A stretch of 64,000 nt of DNA from Lama guanicoe (Eukaryota). The notes under the pieces are model-generated. The model searched no databases, was not told the origin of the DNA, and saw only the letters and a program-made list of their open reading frames with translations. A program made the translations under genes and the position numbers. Of the stretch, positions 36,001 through 48,148 are shown one piece after another (the first letter of the stretch is position 1; each line of letters starts with the position of its first letter). The DNA lies in assembly GCA_013239625.1 (NCBI GenBank), contig MU053588.1, positions 2,180,508-2,244,507 on the forward strand, read 5' to 3'.

Positions 36001-36632
36001 GGTCTTTGTCCCACCTCAGGGCCTTTGCCCCTGCTGTTTCCTTGGCCTGAACACTCGTCTCTTGAACTTCACATAGCTCAGCCTACAAGTAACCTCCTCT
36101 GAAAAGCCTTCTTACCCACAACATCCAGAGGCCCTGGTCACTTTCCCTCATACCTCTGATTCTTTGGGCAGCGTGATCACTTTACTGCCCATCTCCCTGG
36201 CTAGAGAGGTCAGCCCCGCGGGCATGGGTTTGTCTGCCTTGCTCACGGATGGATTCCCAGCTCCTGGAAAAGGTCTGGAAAAGCCCTCATGTGTGCGGGG
36301 AGCCTGACCCTCAGAGACAGAGCTCACTGCTGTGTGGGCGCCCCCGCCCACACTGTGCTTCGTGTGAGACACAATCCTGTGACTCACCCTGAAGGAGGGG
36401 AGGGAAACAGTTTGAAAGTCACAAAAATATATTAAAACAGCTGTTTTCTTCTTTTTTGGCGCTGATCTCCCTTCTCAGTGCCCCTGATCCACCACCCGCC
36501 ACGGCCTTTCAGGGAAAAAGATGCCTGAGCAGGTGCCCCAGCCGCAGCCCGGGGTCTGGGGACATCCCTCCAGCCTGGGAGTGAGGGCGGCTAACAGTCT
36601 CTACAGGCTCGACGCCACCGCCGACGGGGCCG

Positions 36633-36910
36633 CTGGGAGGCCGGAGGTGCAGGAGGGTCAGGCAGGACGCAGCGGACAGTCGGGCCTTGCCACGGGGACA
36701 GAAAACAGAAAAGAAATGAACAGAGTGAAGAGAGGAAGAGACAGAAGTGAAAGCAGTGGTGGGGGGGGCAACTGGGAGGCCGGAGGTGCAGGAGGGTCAG
36801 GCAGGACGCAGCGGACAGTCGGGCCTTGCCACGGGGACAGAAAACAGAAAAGAAATGAACAGAGTGAAGAGAGGAAGAGACAGAAGTTAAAGCAGCGGTG
36901 GGGGGGGGCA
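36633..36910. repeat. 139-bp tandem duplication in the C19orf47 3' UTR
   Basis: Copies start ctgggaggccggaggtgcagg at 36633 and 36772; about 2 substitutions and one G-run length difference. Confidence 0.95.
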
Positions 36911-37347
36911 GGGAGGGAGGGGAGGGAAGGGAGGAGTCAGGGAGGTGGGGAACGAGGGAGCCCCTCCAGGTGACACTCACTCTGGGTGACAGGGAGGCCT
37001 GGGGTTTGAGGCAGCAGATGCTGCTGAGGGAGGAAGGGGGATGGAGGAGAGGAAAAGGGCACTTGGCACTTGGAGAGGTAGACAGGTGAGTACCGCCAAG
37101 GCCATGGTCAGAGAGGAGGGAACAGAGGACAGGAGAGAAGGGAAAGTCCCAGAGCGGCAAGGCCGGGCCACGATGACCACCTCAGACTCAGAAAAACTGG
37201 GTGAATCCCCAGAAAGCTCGGGCCAGCACAATGTCTGAGGGAGACAAGCAGTGTCATCCAGAAGCCGGCAGAGAGGGGTGGTGCACCCTCGCTGAAGACT
37301 CTGATGGAGCCGGGAATCTGGACGGGGGCCTGTGCCCCGCCCTTGGG

Positions 37348-37842
37348 CTAGAAGGTCCTGTGGCCCAGTCTTTTGAACACGCTCACAGAGCCCGCGTGGT
37401 CCATCTGGGCACCAAGGCCCTCGCTGGAGCTGCTCCCCCGGGGCCCCACCAGAGTCCTCTTAATGGTGACCTTGACCTCAGCCGAGGACTTACTCTTGGT
37501 GCTCGTAACCTGGCTGTCCTGGGCCTCGGGCACAAGGGCAGTCTTGCCCAGTCTCTGGATGACGCTGACTTTGGATAGGGCCTCCGGCTTCCTCTCAAGC
37601 CCAGGTCGTGAGGAAAGGGCCAGGCGCCGCAGCGTTGGGGCAGCGACCGTTGTCGCTGAGCTTGTGGCCTTGGCTTTGACAGTTAGTGCGGGCTGGGGAC
37701 TGGCTTTGGCTGGGGTCTGGCCTAGCTTCTTCAGGACCCCAGCATACTGCAGGACAGAGCTGCTGCTGTCATTGTCACTGTCCCAAGCCAGATCCTCGTC
37801 CGTCTCTGGGGTCGCCCCCAGGCGGCTAAAGACTCCTGTGGG
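37348..37842 (-). CDS. C19orf47: C19orf47 last coding exon (PTGVFSRLG...SVFKRLGHRTF-stop)
   Basis: 495 nt open frame after ctccacAG; TAG at 37350-37348; total CDS 1161 nt = 386 aa. Confidence 0.95.
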   Translation of the reverse strand, partial: PTGVFSRLGATPETDEDLAWDSDNDSSSSVLQYAGVLKKLGQTPAKASPQPALTVKAKATSSATTVAAPTLRRLALSSRPGLERKPEALSKVSVIQRLGKTALVPEAQDSQVTSTKSKSSAEVKVTIKRTLVGPRGSSSSEGLGAQMDHAGSVSVFKRLGHRTF

Positions 37843-39465
37843 CTGTGGAGGTCAGAGATAGGACAAGTGAGTCACTTAGTCACTCAACAAGCATTCATGG
37901 AGAACTCCCTCATGGATGCCTGGCCTCACAGAGCTCACAGTTGGGAAAAACACCTGTTGGTGACATGCTGGACAGTGGTGAGAGCCATGAGAGGGCAAGT
38001 CCAGGGAGCTGGGGGAGCCAAGAGGAGGCCCCTGCCTTGCCTAAAGTTCGGGGAAGGCTCCCTGGAGAAGGAACACCTGAGGTGAGATCTGAAAGTTGAC
38101 TGGAAGTGAGTGGGATAAAGAGGGGAGGAGACAGGGAGGAGATAGGGAAGAGTGTTTGGGAGGGTCTACAGGTGAACATGAGAGCAAAGAAATATTTGGT
38201 CATTCACTCGACATTCAGACATTTTCTGAGTCCCCACTCAACACCTGGCCCCATGTTGGGCAGTGCTGGGGACCCAGTGGTGCAAGACAGGCCCGGCCCT
38301 GCTCTTGGGCACCCACAATCCAGTGAGGAAGACAGACATGATGTCGGAAATGACATGAGTAATTCTCTAATAACAATAGTGCTGTGTTCTCTGGAGAACA
38401 GCAGGGGACAGGGAAGCTTTCTCTGAGGCATCAGCATTTAAGTCAGGCCCTCGAGGCTGAATTAGTAAAGAGTGCCGTCCAAGTCCCAAGTCAGGAATAA
38501 GAATTGTATTTACAGCACCCTCACCGTGTGCCAAGCTCTTTCCATGGCTGCATCTTCAAGCCAAGTGACCTGAATGTTATTCTCATGCTCATGGTGAGAT
38601 TGAGGAAATGAGAAAAGGCCAGAGTGGATGAGCCCTGGTGAGCAAGGAAGGAAATGCAGCTGGGGGCTCTGCCAAAATTAATCAGAGGTGCCATTTGAAT
38701 ATGCTGACCGCGCACGTGATCTCACTCAGTCCTCACGACCACCCTGTGAGGTGGGTCCAATACAGAGCAGGAAACTGAGGGACAAAGGGCTTAAGTGACA
38801 CGGTCAAGGCCACGCAGGCAGGCAGTAGCAGAGCCAGATTCACACCTGGCAGCGGGCTCAGGCCATGTCTCCCAACCACATGCCGTGCCTGGGGCCTGAG
38901 GGACTGCAAGCAGAGACAGGAAGAGAGGGCCTCATCCTGGGCACAGTGAAAAGCCTCTGAAGGGTTTCTGGTGGGCAAGGCCGGGGAGGGGCCTGTCCTG
39001 CGGGCGCACATGTTGCTGCTGTGGGAGAAGGACTGGAGGGGTTCACAGGAGCTGTGAAGGGACCAGCGAAGAGGCCCCGCCCCATTAGTACAGAGAGAGG
39101 GGGCAGAGCAGGAAGAGACACATGGCGGCATCAGAATCATGACTGCCTGGGATGGGGTCAGTGGGGCACCCAAGACAGGGCCCAGGGAAGGGTTTGCTTT
39201 GGAGGAAGACGCTGAGGCCAGTTTGGGACGAGGTGGTGGGAGGGGTCCAAGGGTGATGTCCAGGAATCTGCCAGACCCCGGGGGCTGGAAGTTGGGAGAC
39301 AGGTCCAGGTAGCAGACAGACAGGGAAGTCGCCAGTACAAAGAAGGGCACTGGGCCTGGAAAGTGGGGTAAGACGTGGTGAGATGTATATGGGAAGCGTC
39401 AGGAACAACTCTTAGGGGAGACAAGAATGTAAGAGTCCCGAGTGGCTCCCCCATTTCCAACTTAC

Positions 39466-39536
39466 CTTATTCCCCGTTGTGGTGTCTGCCTTGGTCTCGG
39501 CGCCGAGGCGGTCAAACACTGATGTCCTGTGGAGAC
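39466..39536 (-). CDS. C19orf47: C19orf47 coding exon 7 (GLHRTSVFDRLGAETKADTTTGNK)
   Basis: 71 nt, ctcccAG / GTAAG boundaries, in phase. Confidence 0.94.
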
Positions 39537-40675
39537 CTGGGAGGGAAGAGAGGCCATCAGCCAGCACCTTCCAGGCGGCCCATGTGTACCCAGGCCCAGC
39601 GGAGCACCAGGCAGACAGGGAGGGGACAGCATGGCCAGCTCAGACCCCGGGCAGCTCTGGTCCAAGCAGGCACAGACTGGGCCGAGTTAGGTTCTGTGCC
39701 TGTGATGTTGGCTAAGGGCAACCTTAACCCACACACTTTTGGCTGGTGTCAAATGTGAGAAGTCAACTCAAATTGACACTTCTAGTCCTCACACCTTAGT
39801 ACAAATTCATGAAGTGTGTGCAGGAAGACTTCTTAGTCCCTACTGGTTCCTTTCACTCTTTCTTGGGTCATGGCCTCTAAAAGAACCTGATGGAATCCTC
39901 TCCCTAAATTACAGCCTAGATAGCCATCAACAGGAGAATGTTTACTAAATTATGATACAGAAGTACTACGCAAATATTAAATGACCATTAAAAATAACGA
40001 AGCAGATTAACATGCACTAATGTGAAAATATCTCAGTTAAAAAGTTGTAGAAAAATACATGTAGGATGACGCTATTGGAGCTTAAAAAGGAAAGAAATGC
40101 CCAGGTATATGTGTAAACATACAAATCGGTGCATTTAAGTTCATAATTGCTGGTCTGTAAAGGTTAACGATACATGTGGGATATGGGAGTGAGGGGGGAG
40201 TTTATTTTTCCTTCTTAAGCATCTGCTGATGTTTTTCCATGAGAACACGTGCAATGTTCTAAGAGGAACATTGTAAGGAAGACCACCTCTGCATTACCAA
40301 ACATGAAGCCCAGCTATGGACTGAGTCTACCGGACCCCTCTGGCTCAAAGAGACAGTTCCCACTGTTTTGGGCACCTGCCCTCCGCCAGGCTCAGTCACT
40401 CACTTAACAGGCAGGCCAGCACTGAATCCACGCCACTGCCCCTCCGGGAGGAGGCACTGGAGGAGCCCTGCTAAGCTAACTACAGGGTGAGAGGGCAGAG
40501 GTGGTGATGCATCCCCTCCTCTGCAGTCACCTTTGCTGTCCCCTGGGTCCAAGGTCCCCCGGATCCCATCAGAGCCTGCATCTCGGCCAGTGCCTGTAGG
40601 ACGTGACCAACCCTGCAAGATGCAGCACAAGGGAAGCACAGTCTGCCCCCAGGCAAGCCTCTGCCAGGCCCGTAC

Positions 40676-40828
40676 CTTTCGCTGCCTGCTGCTGCTCCAG
40701 GATCTTGCGGGTCCGGGGGGTGGTGCCTTTGGGCATGTTGATAATGTACTTCCCCTCCATCTCGGCAGTGACCCGGCGCCGCTTGGTAGGAATGGTCAGG
40801 CTCTCCTCCTCTCTGTGGGCCAGGGCTG
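40676..40828 (-). CDS. C19orf47: C19orf47 coding exon 6 (ALAHREEESLTIPTKRRRVTAEMEGKYIINMPKGTTPRTRKILEQQQAAK)
   Basis: 153 nt, cccccAG acceptor (NAGNAG), GTACG donor; contains NLS-like KRRRV. Confidence 0.94.
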
Positions 40829-42343
40829 CTGGGGGAGGAGGGGATGGTGAGCATCTTCTGGGATGGAACGTTCTCCTGGGGTAGGGGCTGGATGCCCTGC
40901 AGAGGGCACATATGTGCCTTTATCTCCATGTGTTTGTATGACTGGAATCCCTTATCTTCCCAACCACCCCGTGGCCGCTGACTGACCACTGAGAAACTCA
41001 GGGGTGTGGGCACAGCGGAGTCGCAGAAGGCTGTGGCGGGCCTCCCAGGCTCTCTGTGGCTCTGTCCCTGCTCGCCTCCCAGGCCAGCCAGAATCCCCTC
41101 AGATGGGGAAACTGCTGGGCAGTGGAAAGGCCATTTAGAGAATGGTTTCACAGGTGTAATCACTTAAAAAAAATTAATCGAGCTATATACTTACAATTTG
41201 TGCATAAGTAAATTACACCTCAATTAAAAATAAATCTCAAATGTGCTGAGGGGTAAGACAGCCAGTCCCTCCCAGGCTCCCCATCTTTTCCATACTTTAG
41301 AAATGAATCTTAACTTTCTTGCTCATGGCACACAAATGGAGAGGTCAGAAGGAGAATGAGGCACTTTCAGACACATATGGCAGAAAAGGAGCACGTATGA
41401 TGGAGGTGGACAGGGCTAGGCGGGGCTGGGCGTCAGGATAGCCCAGCCCCCTCCCCAGGCCTCAGTTTCCATTTGTGCCAAGATCATTGCTGTGGGGACG
41501 CATCCAACAAAAACAGGAGAGTGTGACGGACAGGAGGAGGGCTTGGAAGCCCAAAGGCCAGAGTCCCATTCCCAGCTTACAATCTGAGACCTGGAGGAGG
41601 AATAGCGGCCAAGCTTGGAAAAGTCTGCAGAGAAAGAAGGCTCCGGGAGAAGGAACCATCCAGGCAAAGGCCTCACGATGGGAAGGAGCCTGGAGGGGAC
41701 CTGAGGCAGCGAGCAAGCCTGAATCCCCACGATGCAAGGCCCAGTAGGGCCATGTGGGAAGATGATTTTATTAATGGAACAGTAGGAAGCCCTGGAGAGT
41801 TCCAGACAAAGGTGTGAAAGGATCAGATTAGAGGCTGTAAAAGATCCCTCTGGCTGCTAAGAGGAAAGGTAGCTTCTTTACCTTTGACCCCAGGCATCAA
41901 GCACAGGGCCGGGCACCAGTGCAGGGCTCAGTGAACATCTGTTAAAAAAGACTGAGCTACCCATAGTCAACAATACTGTACTGTACACTTAACATTTTAT
42001 AAAGAGGGTAGATCTCATGTTAAGTGTTCTTACCACAAAAAAATAAAATTTAAAAATACGAAAAGACTGACCCAGCCACTGAGTGAGAACCGCAGTGCAC
42101 CCTCGCTGCTTGAAGACACCACCTCACGTGCTTCTGACTGTCCTCTGGGGAGGGCAGCACCAGCCCCACTCTACAGATGTGGAGAGGGAGGCCCACAGAG
42201 GTGCAGTGACCTGACCAAAGCTGAACGCTGTGGATACCTTGTGGCCTTCAAAGCACCTTGCGAGGTTGGGAATATGTCCCCCGGATACCGTGTGCCAACC
42301 CACATTCCTCCAGCTCCCCACCAACCTGCCCAAGTCCTCTCAC

Positions 42344-42481
42344 CGGCAGCCTTGGCACTCTTTGCTGCCATCTTGTTGGACACAGTGACGGAGATCTTGG
42401 AGGCACTGGTGTCCGGCCGCCGGGGGGGAGTGCCGGGTGGGGAGTCGCGGTTCAGACTGTTGGTGATCATTCGGGAGGCGG
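42344..42481 (-). CDS. C19orf47: C19orf47 coding exon 5 (ASRMITNSLNRDSPPGTPPRRP...SAKAA)
   Basis: 138 nt, cctacAG / GTGAGA boundaries, in phase. Confidence 0.94.
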
Positions 42482-43056
42482 CTGTAGGGAGGAAAGAGGA
42501 GTCCAGCAGGGCAGGAATAGCCCACCACTCCCTGCCCTGGGGGCCTCTCCAGAGGCCCAGACCAGGTTGGTTCCCATCACACTTCACCCATCAGTTACCC
42601 ATCCCTGCACAGAGCTCTTCCCTCCCCTCCCCCTCGGCCGCTGGTCTCCAGGATCCTCTTGGCCCAGCAAGTACACATCTCCTCAGGGTACTTGCTGTTC
42701 ATCTGTCTGGCGTGTGGTCCCCCAGTACCAACGGGCTTGCTCTGTCTCTTCACTCAGGTCTCCTCTCCAACGGCATCTCCTCAGAGAAAACTTCCCTGAC
42801 CCCCACCTTGATCTTAACCGCTTCTACCCTCCGCTGGTGCTTTCTTTTTCTTCAGGCCGTTATTACTGCTTGACATTAAATTACATTTGTTTACTGGCAG
42901 CCTCTCCCACAAGAATGCAAGCCCCATGAGGAGACACTGTCTGTTTATTGCTGTGTTCCCAGTACCCGCCACGGCCTCTGGCACTTTGTAGCTGTGTCCC
43001 CTTCACCACTAGCGTGTACCAATGAAGGAAAGGAGGCCTGAACAGATGGCACTCAC

Positions 43057-43138
43057 CACTAGCCGTGCCTCGGCGAATCTCGCCTGGGAGGGGGCTGGGG
43101 CTGCATGGCACCGACTCAGTGGCAGCTTTGCACATGTC
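43057..43138 (-). CDS. C19orf47: C19orf47 coding exon 4 (DMCKAATESVPCSPSPLPGEIRRGTAS)
   Basis: 82 nt, poly-T tract with ggcAG acceptor, GTGAGT donor. Confidence 0.94.
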
Positions 43139-43309
43139 CTGCCAAAAAAAAAAAAGGGGGTGCCCAGGTTACCATGGGGGAAGGGGCATGAGCTGGGGGA
43201 AGAGAGGACCCAGAAATCTGAGCAAAACTTGGGAGGCAAGGGGAAAATCAGAGCCTGAGCTGTTTGAGAAGAGATTTCAAAACCTTTCACTCCTCACCAT
43301 AAAAAGCAT

Positions 43310-43680
43310 CAGACAAACCCAAACGGAAAGACATGCTACGGAACAGCTGACCGGTACTCTCCAAAACTGTAAAAGTCACCTCAAACCTGGGAAAACTAGG
43401 AAACCACCCCAAATCAAAAGAGACTAAGGAGACATGAGAAGTAAATGCAACGTGATGTCCTGGAACGGAAAAAGGACATTAGTAGAAAAACTGATGCAAT
43501 CCAAATAGTCTATAGTTTAGTTCATAATATAGTGTTTATAGTGTTTATAGTTTTGAAAAATGTACCCTGGCTATGTAAGGCGTCAACATTAGGGGAAGCT
43601 GGGTGAAGGAAATACAGAAACTTTCTGTACTACTGTTTGGACTTTTCGAGAAATCCAAAATGGTTCTCCAATTTAAAACC
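43310..43680 (+). mobile_element. Old L1M 3' fragment in a C19orf47 intron
   Basis: catcagacaaacccaaa, aaatgcaacgtgatgtcctgga, aacattaggggaagctgggtgaagg motifs. Confidence 0.7.
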
Positions 43681-44584
43681 TTAAAGAGAAGAAAGAATTT
43701 TACTCAGGAACCTCAAAGGTAACTCAGAAAATGTCCCTGGCTTGAGAAAGCCCTCACTGCGGGGTCTTGTTCTGGATGATGGATGATGAAGGCCTGTCCC
43801 TGGGATGGAGGAAGCTACAAAAATTGATGAGAACAACCCCAGCAGCCACCATCTGGTAAAGCAGAATGCTTGAGAGTGCACCTCTGGGGCAAGTTTCCTC
43901 CTCAGTCAAGTGGAAGGAGGAGTAAATGAGCTAATATGGTAAAGGATGGAGACAGGCCCTGGCAGGCCGTGGCAAAGGCTTGTAAGTGCTAGCAGTCATA
44001 ACTAAAGAAGCTCTTCACTCCCAGCCTGGCACTTGGTGCCACATACACTACAGGCAGATGGCCACAGCTACCCTACATGGCAGGGGTGTGTGAAAAGCCT
44101 GTTTCAGAGACTCGGGGAAGTGGAATCACTAGTCTAAGGTCACTGTAAGTGGAGGGGCCACGAATGGAACAACCATGTTGTTGATCATGTTACCAACTGG
44201 GTCCCGCACAGGAAGCTCCTGTTCTGGGGACAGAGAAGAGTCCTGGTCAGTGTAATTATTATGAAAAAGATGAGAACTAGTAATAATAATAATGCTTACA
44301 GACAGCCTTTCCTGAGGCCCTGATGTTTGCACTGTCCTAGATCTTTGTTTTAACTTAATACTTACCACCACCCTGCAAAATAGGTTTGTCTATGTGCATT
44401 TTACAGGTGGAGCAAGTAAGGCTCAGAGAGGTTAGGCAATGTACCCAGTGTCACACAGCAATAGTGAAACCAGCCTTGGAACTCAGGTCTTCCTGCCTTT
44501 GCTTCCAAGCCTCCCTTTGGCTCTGCCACTGCCGCTCCATCCCACCCCAGACCCAGGGACAGGGGTGTCGAGCAGAGCACCCAC

Positions 44585-44699
44585 CTGGCGGTGCACCACC
44601 TTGGCATGCTTGAGGATGGCGATGATGTCACCCACCACAGTCACCCCGAGCTCATTCATGATTTCTTTGTTGAGATCTAGCAGCATGCTCTTCTGGATC
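44585..44699 (-). CDS. C19orf47: C19orf47 coding exon 3 (IQKSMLLDLNKEIMNELGVTVVGDIIAILKHAKVVHRQ)
   Basis: 115 nt, ctctgcAG / GTGGGT boundaries, in phase. Confidence 0.95.
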
Positions 44700-44811
44700 C
44701 TGCAGAGGAGGGTCTGTGGTGAGGCCACAAGTGGGCCAGGTGAGTGAGCCAGCCAGCTCCCCGTCTCCCCTCCTTTCCCCAGGTTCAGCCCCGTCCCCTC
44801 AGTGGCCTTAC

Positions 44812-44899
44812 CTGTTATCCACAAACATCACGGCGTAATTGACAGCAGGTCCTGGAGGAATGCCGGCTTCCTTAAAGAACTGGATCCACTCAGAAGTGG
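44812..44899 (-). CDS. C19orf47: C19orf47 coding exon 2 (ATSEWIQFFKEAGIPPGPAVNYAVMFVDNR), SAM-like N-terminal region
   Basis: 88 nt, AG/GTAAG boundaries, in phase; sequence recognised as C19orf47. Confidence 0.95.
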
Positions 44900-47800
44900 C
44901 TGGCGGGGGGCGGGGTGGACAGGGCTCATTACTCACATTATTCTCATTAGAGAACAGCAGCAGCAAAACCACAAGAGCAGCAGCTCCCACAGATTAAATG
45001 CTTGTCCAATGCCAGGCCCTGGGCTGAGTGCTTCCCATGCACAGTGGAACTAAGCCAGCCTGACGATCCAGTGGGTTAAGCAGTGTGGACGCCCCCCACT
45101 TAGCCAGTGAGGAAACTGAGGTGAGGAAAGGTTGAACAACTCGACCCAGGCCACACTGCTAACAAGAAGCAGACTCCCCCAGCCCTGGTGCCTCCGGACT
45201 GCCCTTCTCCTGACAGCTCTGTCCTGCCCTCGGGCGTGACCCGCAGTGATCATCCCCCACGTGGGAACAGTGACTGGTTTGGGGGAGCCAGGACTCTGGG
45301 TTCTCCGCCCCAGTCCCCATCAGCAGGCGCAGGCCCCACAGGGTAAGGATCCACAGGTGGAGGGAAAGGAGGGTCGCAGAGCTGGCCCTTGGCGTCAGCA
45401 AGCCCCCTCCCCAACCCCACTGGAGCAGGCTGGCCTCAGAGTTGGGGGCATGGAGGTTACGAGTACAGCCTTTCGAGCTTGGGTTCAAATCCTGGCTCTG
45501 CCAACTCCCGACTGAGGGCCTTTGGGCAAGGTATCACTCAGAGCTTCGATTTCCTCAGCTGTAAATTTGGGATAATACGTTCAACATGTAGGAACTGAGC
45601 ACTTGGCACATGCCAGGTCCTGTCTGGGGCACTAGGGATACCACAGGGCACAAGACAGAGTCCCCTCCCTCACGGAGCTGGCATCCTAGTGATAACCGCA
45701 GTGGCGTCCTCGGTCATTGCGTGGACTAAAGAGAGAGTCCACATAAAGGGCTTAAAAGGCACCTGGCCCAGAGGTTGTCCTCAACCACTGCAGCTACTAT
45801 TATCATTGTTATTGTGTTATTATTCTTGGCCTCTCAGGTGTGACCTTCAAACTGACCCTAACCTATCAGGCCAAGTGTTAGATAAGATTATTGGTTCCAA
45901 GTAAAATTTTTTTTCACATTTTAATACCTCTGAAACTAGGATTACCGCACAATTGACGGTGTGCTGCATTAACTGGCAACATTTTTTCCTTCTCATTCTA
46001 CATAACAGTACATTCAACAGTCCATGCTACTTTAGATAATTAGAAATTTGGTATTCCTATGCCCATTTTGCTGATAAGACAACTAAGGCTCAGAGCAGGG
46101 AGAGACACGTTCTGGGTGAGGCGCTGCATGGGTGGCGGTGCAGGGCTCAGGCACGTCCTCTTCCGAGGAGGACCCTGCCCCGCCGGCCACCGGTCTGACT
46201 CCCCGGGCCTGAGACAAGTGAGGAGCTCATGCCCTCAGGACTTCCTCTACCAGACCAGAGGAAAGGGGGGCCTTTTCTACTTTGCCCAGGTACTATCCAC
46301 CTGTCAAGACAAGGAGCCCTGGGTTCCATTAGCCAAAAGCAGGACCCTCTGTCTAAGTATCAAAACCTATCACATAATTGTTCCATTTATGTGACGTGCC
46401 CAGAAAAGGTAAACCTGTAGCAATCTGTAGGGACAGAAAGTAGATTAGCAGTTGCCAGGAACTGGGTGGGAGGGCAGTGAGGAGAGAGTGGGTATGCAGG
46501 TTTTGCGGGGAGTGATGAAAATGTTTCGAAACTGATTGTGGTGTGATGGTTGCATAACTCTGTGAACACAGAGTATAAAAACCATTGAATTGTACACTTT
46601 AGTGAATTGTACCTGAATTAAACTCTTATTAAGGGGAAAAAAAGCACCACATAGGTTGGGGGTAGCTAGCTGCCTGCAGCAAAGTCATGGAACTGCAGAA
46701 GTCCCCATGTCCTGCCCTCACCATCATTTCGTGTCCTACTAAGGAGGAAAATCTGCTGCCCATTAAATGATCATAGCACCAGCTGTAAGATGCAACCACC
46801 ACCCTTTCAGACATATTAATATGGGCCACAGTGTGTGTCTTAGCCTCAGTGAGGTGTGTATTGCTGTAGACACCAGGAGAAACACACCAGAATATTCACA
46901 GCAGCTTGTCTGCAACAGGCACAACCCAGAAACAATGCAACAGCCCCTGACAATAGCATTGATAAATAAATCTGTATCAGTACCACAGAGCAGTGCAAAG
47001 GAGGGAACCACAGCTACACACAGCACTACAGACGACTCTCAGACATCGCTCGGAGTAATGGAAGCCAGAGACACAAAAGAACACACGGCATGATTTCATT
47101 CATGTAAGTTCAAAACCAAGTCTATAGAATAGGAACGTTTTCATTAGTGGTACAACAATAAAGAAAGGTAAGGAGAGATTATCACTAAGATAAAATAGTG
47201 GTTTATTCCATCTGGAGAAGGGAGGGGGTCGGGATTGGGGTGGAGCCCTCAGTGGAGGCAGGCAATATTCTGTTTCTTGACCTGGATGGTTAGAGGAGGA
47301 CTGCACTTTTAAAACCTTTTTATTGAACTATAATGTACACACACAAAAGTACACACAAGTCGATAGATTTTCATAAACCAACACACCCATGTAACCAGTA
47401 CCCAGATCAAGAAACAAAATATTTCCAACATCCCAGAAGCAGCCCCCTCCCCCCACACTACCTCACATTCCCTAAGTCGTCACTTCTCCCTGCCTCGCAA
47501 GGGCCAGCAACACCTTCTAGTAGTATAGATTGGTTTTGCCTGTTTCTGTTCTTTATATAAACGGAATTGTAAAGGAAGTACACAGATGTTTGCGTTTCAA
47601 TTGCTCTTATGACCACACAAATATGTTTTCTGTGCTTTTCTATATGTACAAATCTCCAAACATTTAAAAGCTACCAGCTAACCTCTGTGGTTTGGCAATC
47701 CCAAAATACAGAGTTTAAAGACAATGTGATGGTTAAGGCTCATGAGATTAATAACAGCTAACACTTGCTGAGAACTATGCCTAAGATTTTATATACCATA

Positions 47801-48129
47801 ACCTCCTTTCTCCTTACAACATTCCAGAATGTAGGGAGTGTTAGTATCTCCATTTCACAGGTAAGAAAACTGAGGCTCTGAGAGGCCATGTGGGAGATCT
47901 ACTGGACTTTAGAACTCAAGTTCTTTATAGCCAAAATATGCTGTCAGGAGACCAAGATACCGAGAGGAGACGGGTAGGCCCTGAGCAGGCCCTGGCCCTG
48001 CCTCCACGTTCCTCAGAGCACAGCTGTTCCTGCCAGTGACCCAGCCTTCCCTCCCCTCCCCTGTCCCCCCAACCAAGGTCATGCCTCAAAAAGGGCAGCA
48101 GGGAGAGGGGACTCGGAGAGAAGACTCAC

Positions 48130-48148
48130 CCATTGTCACTGAGACCAT
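48130..48148 (-). CDS. C19orf47: C19orf47 coding exon 1 (MVSVTM-); whole exon 48130-48181
   Basis: ttctctcttccAG acceptor at 48183-48182; ACA-ATG-G start at 48148; G|GTGAGT donor; phase 1 joins the next exon. Confidence 0.9.

Noticed and set aside
36521..37160. 150-aa and 189-aa ORFs with internal repeats
   Set aside because: Products of the 139-bp UTR duplication and low-complexity purine-rich sequence.
37373..37861. 162-aa plus-strand ORF (and similar ones at 42241-42873)
   Set aside because: Antisense shadows of C19orf47 coding exons.
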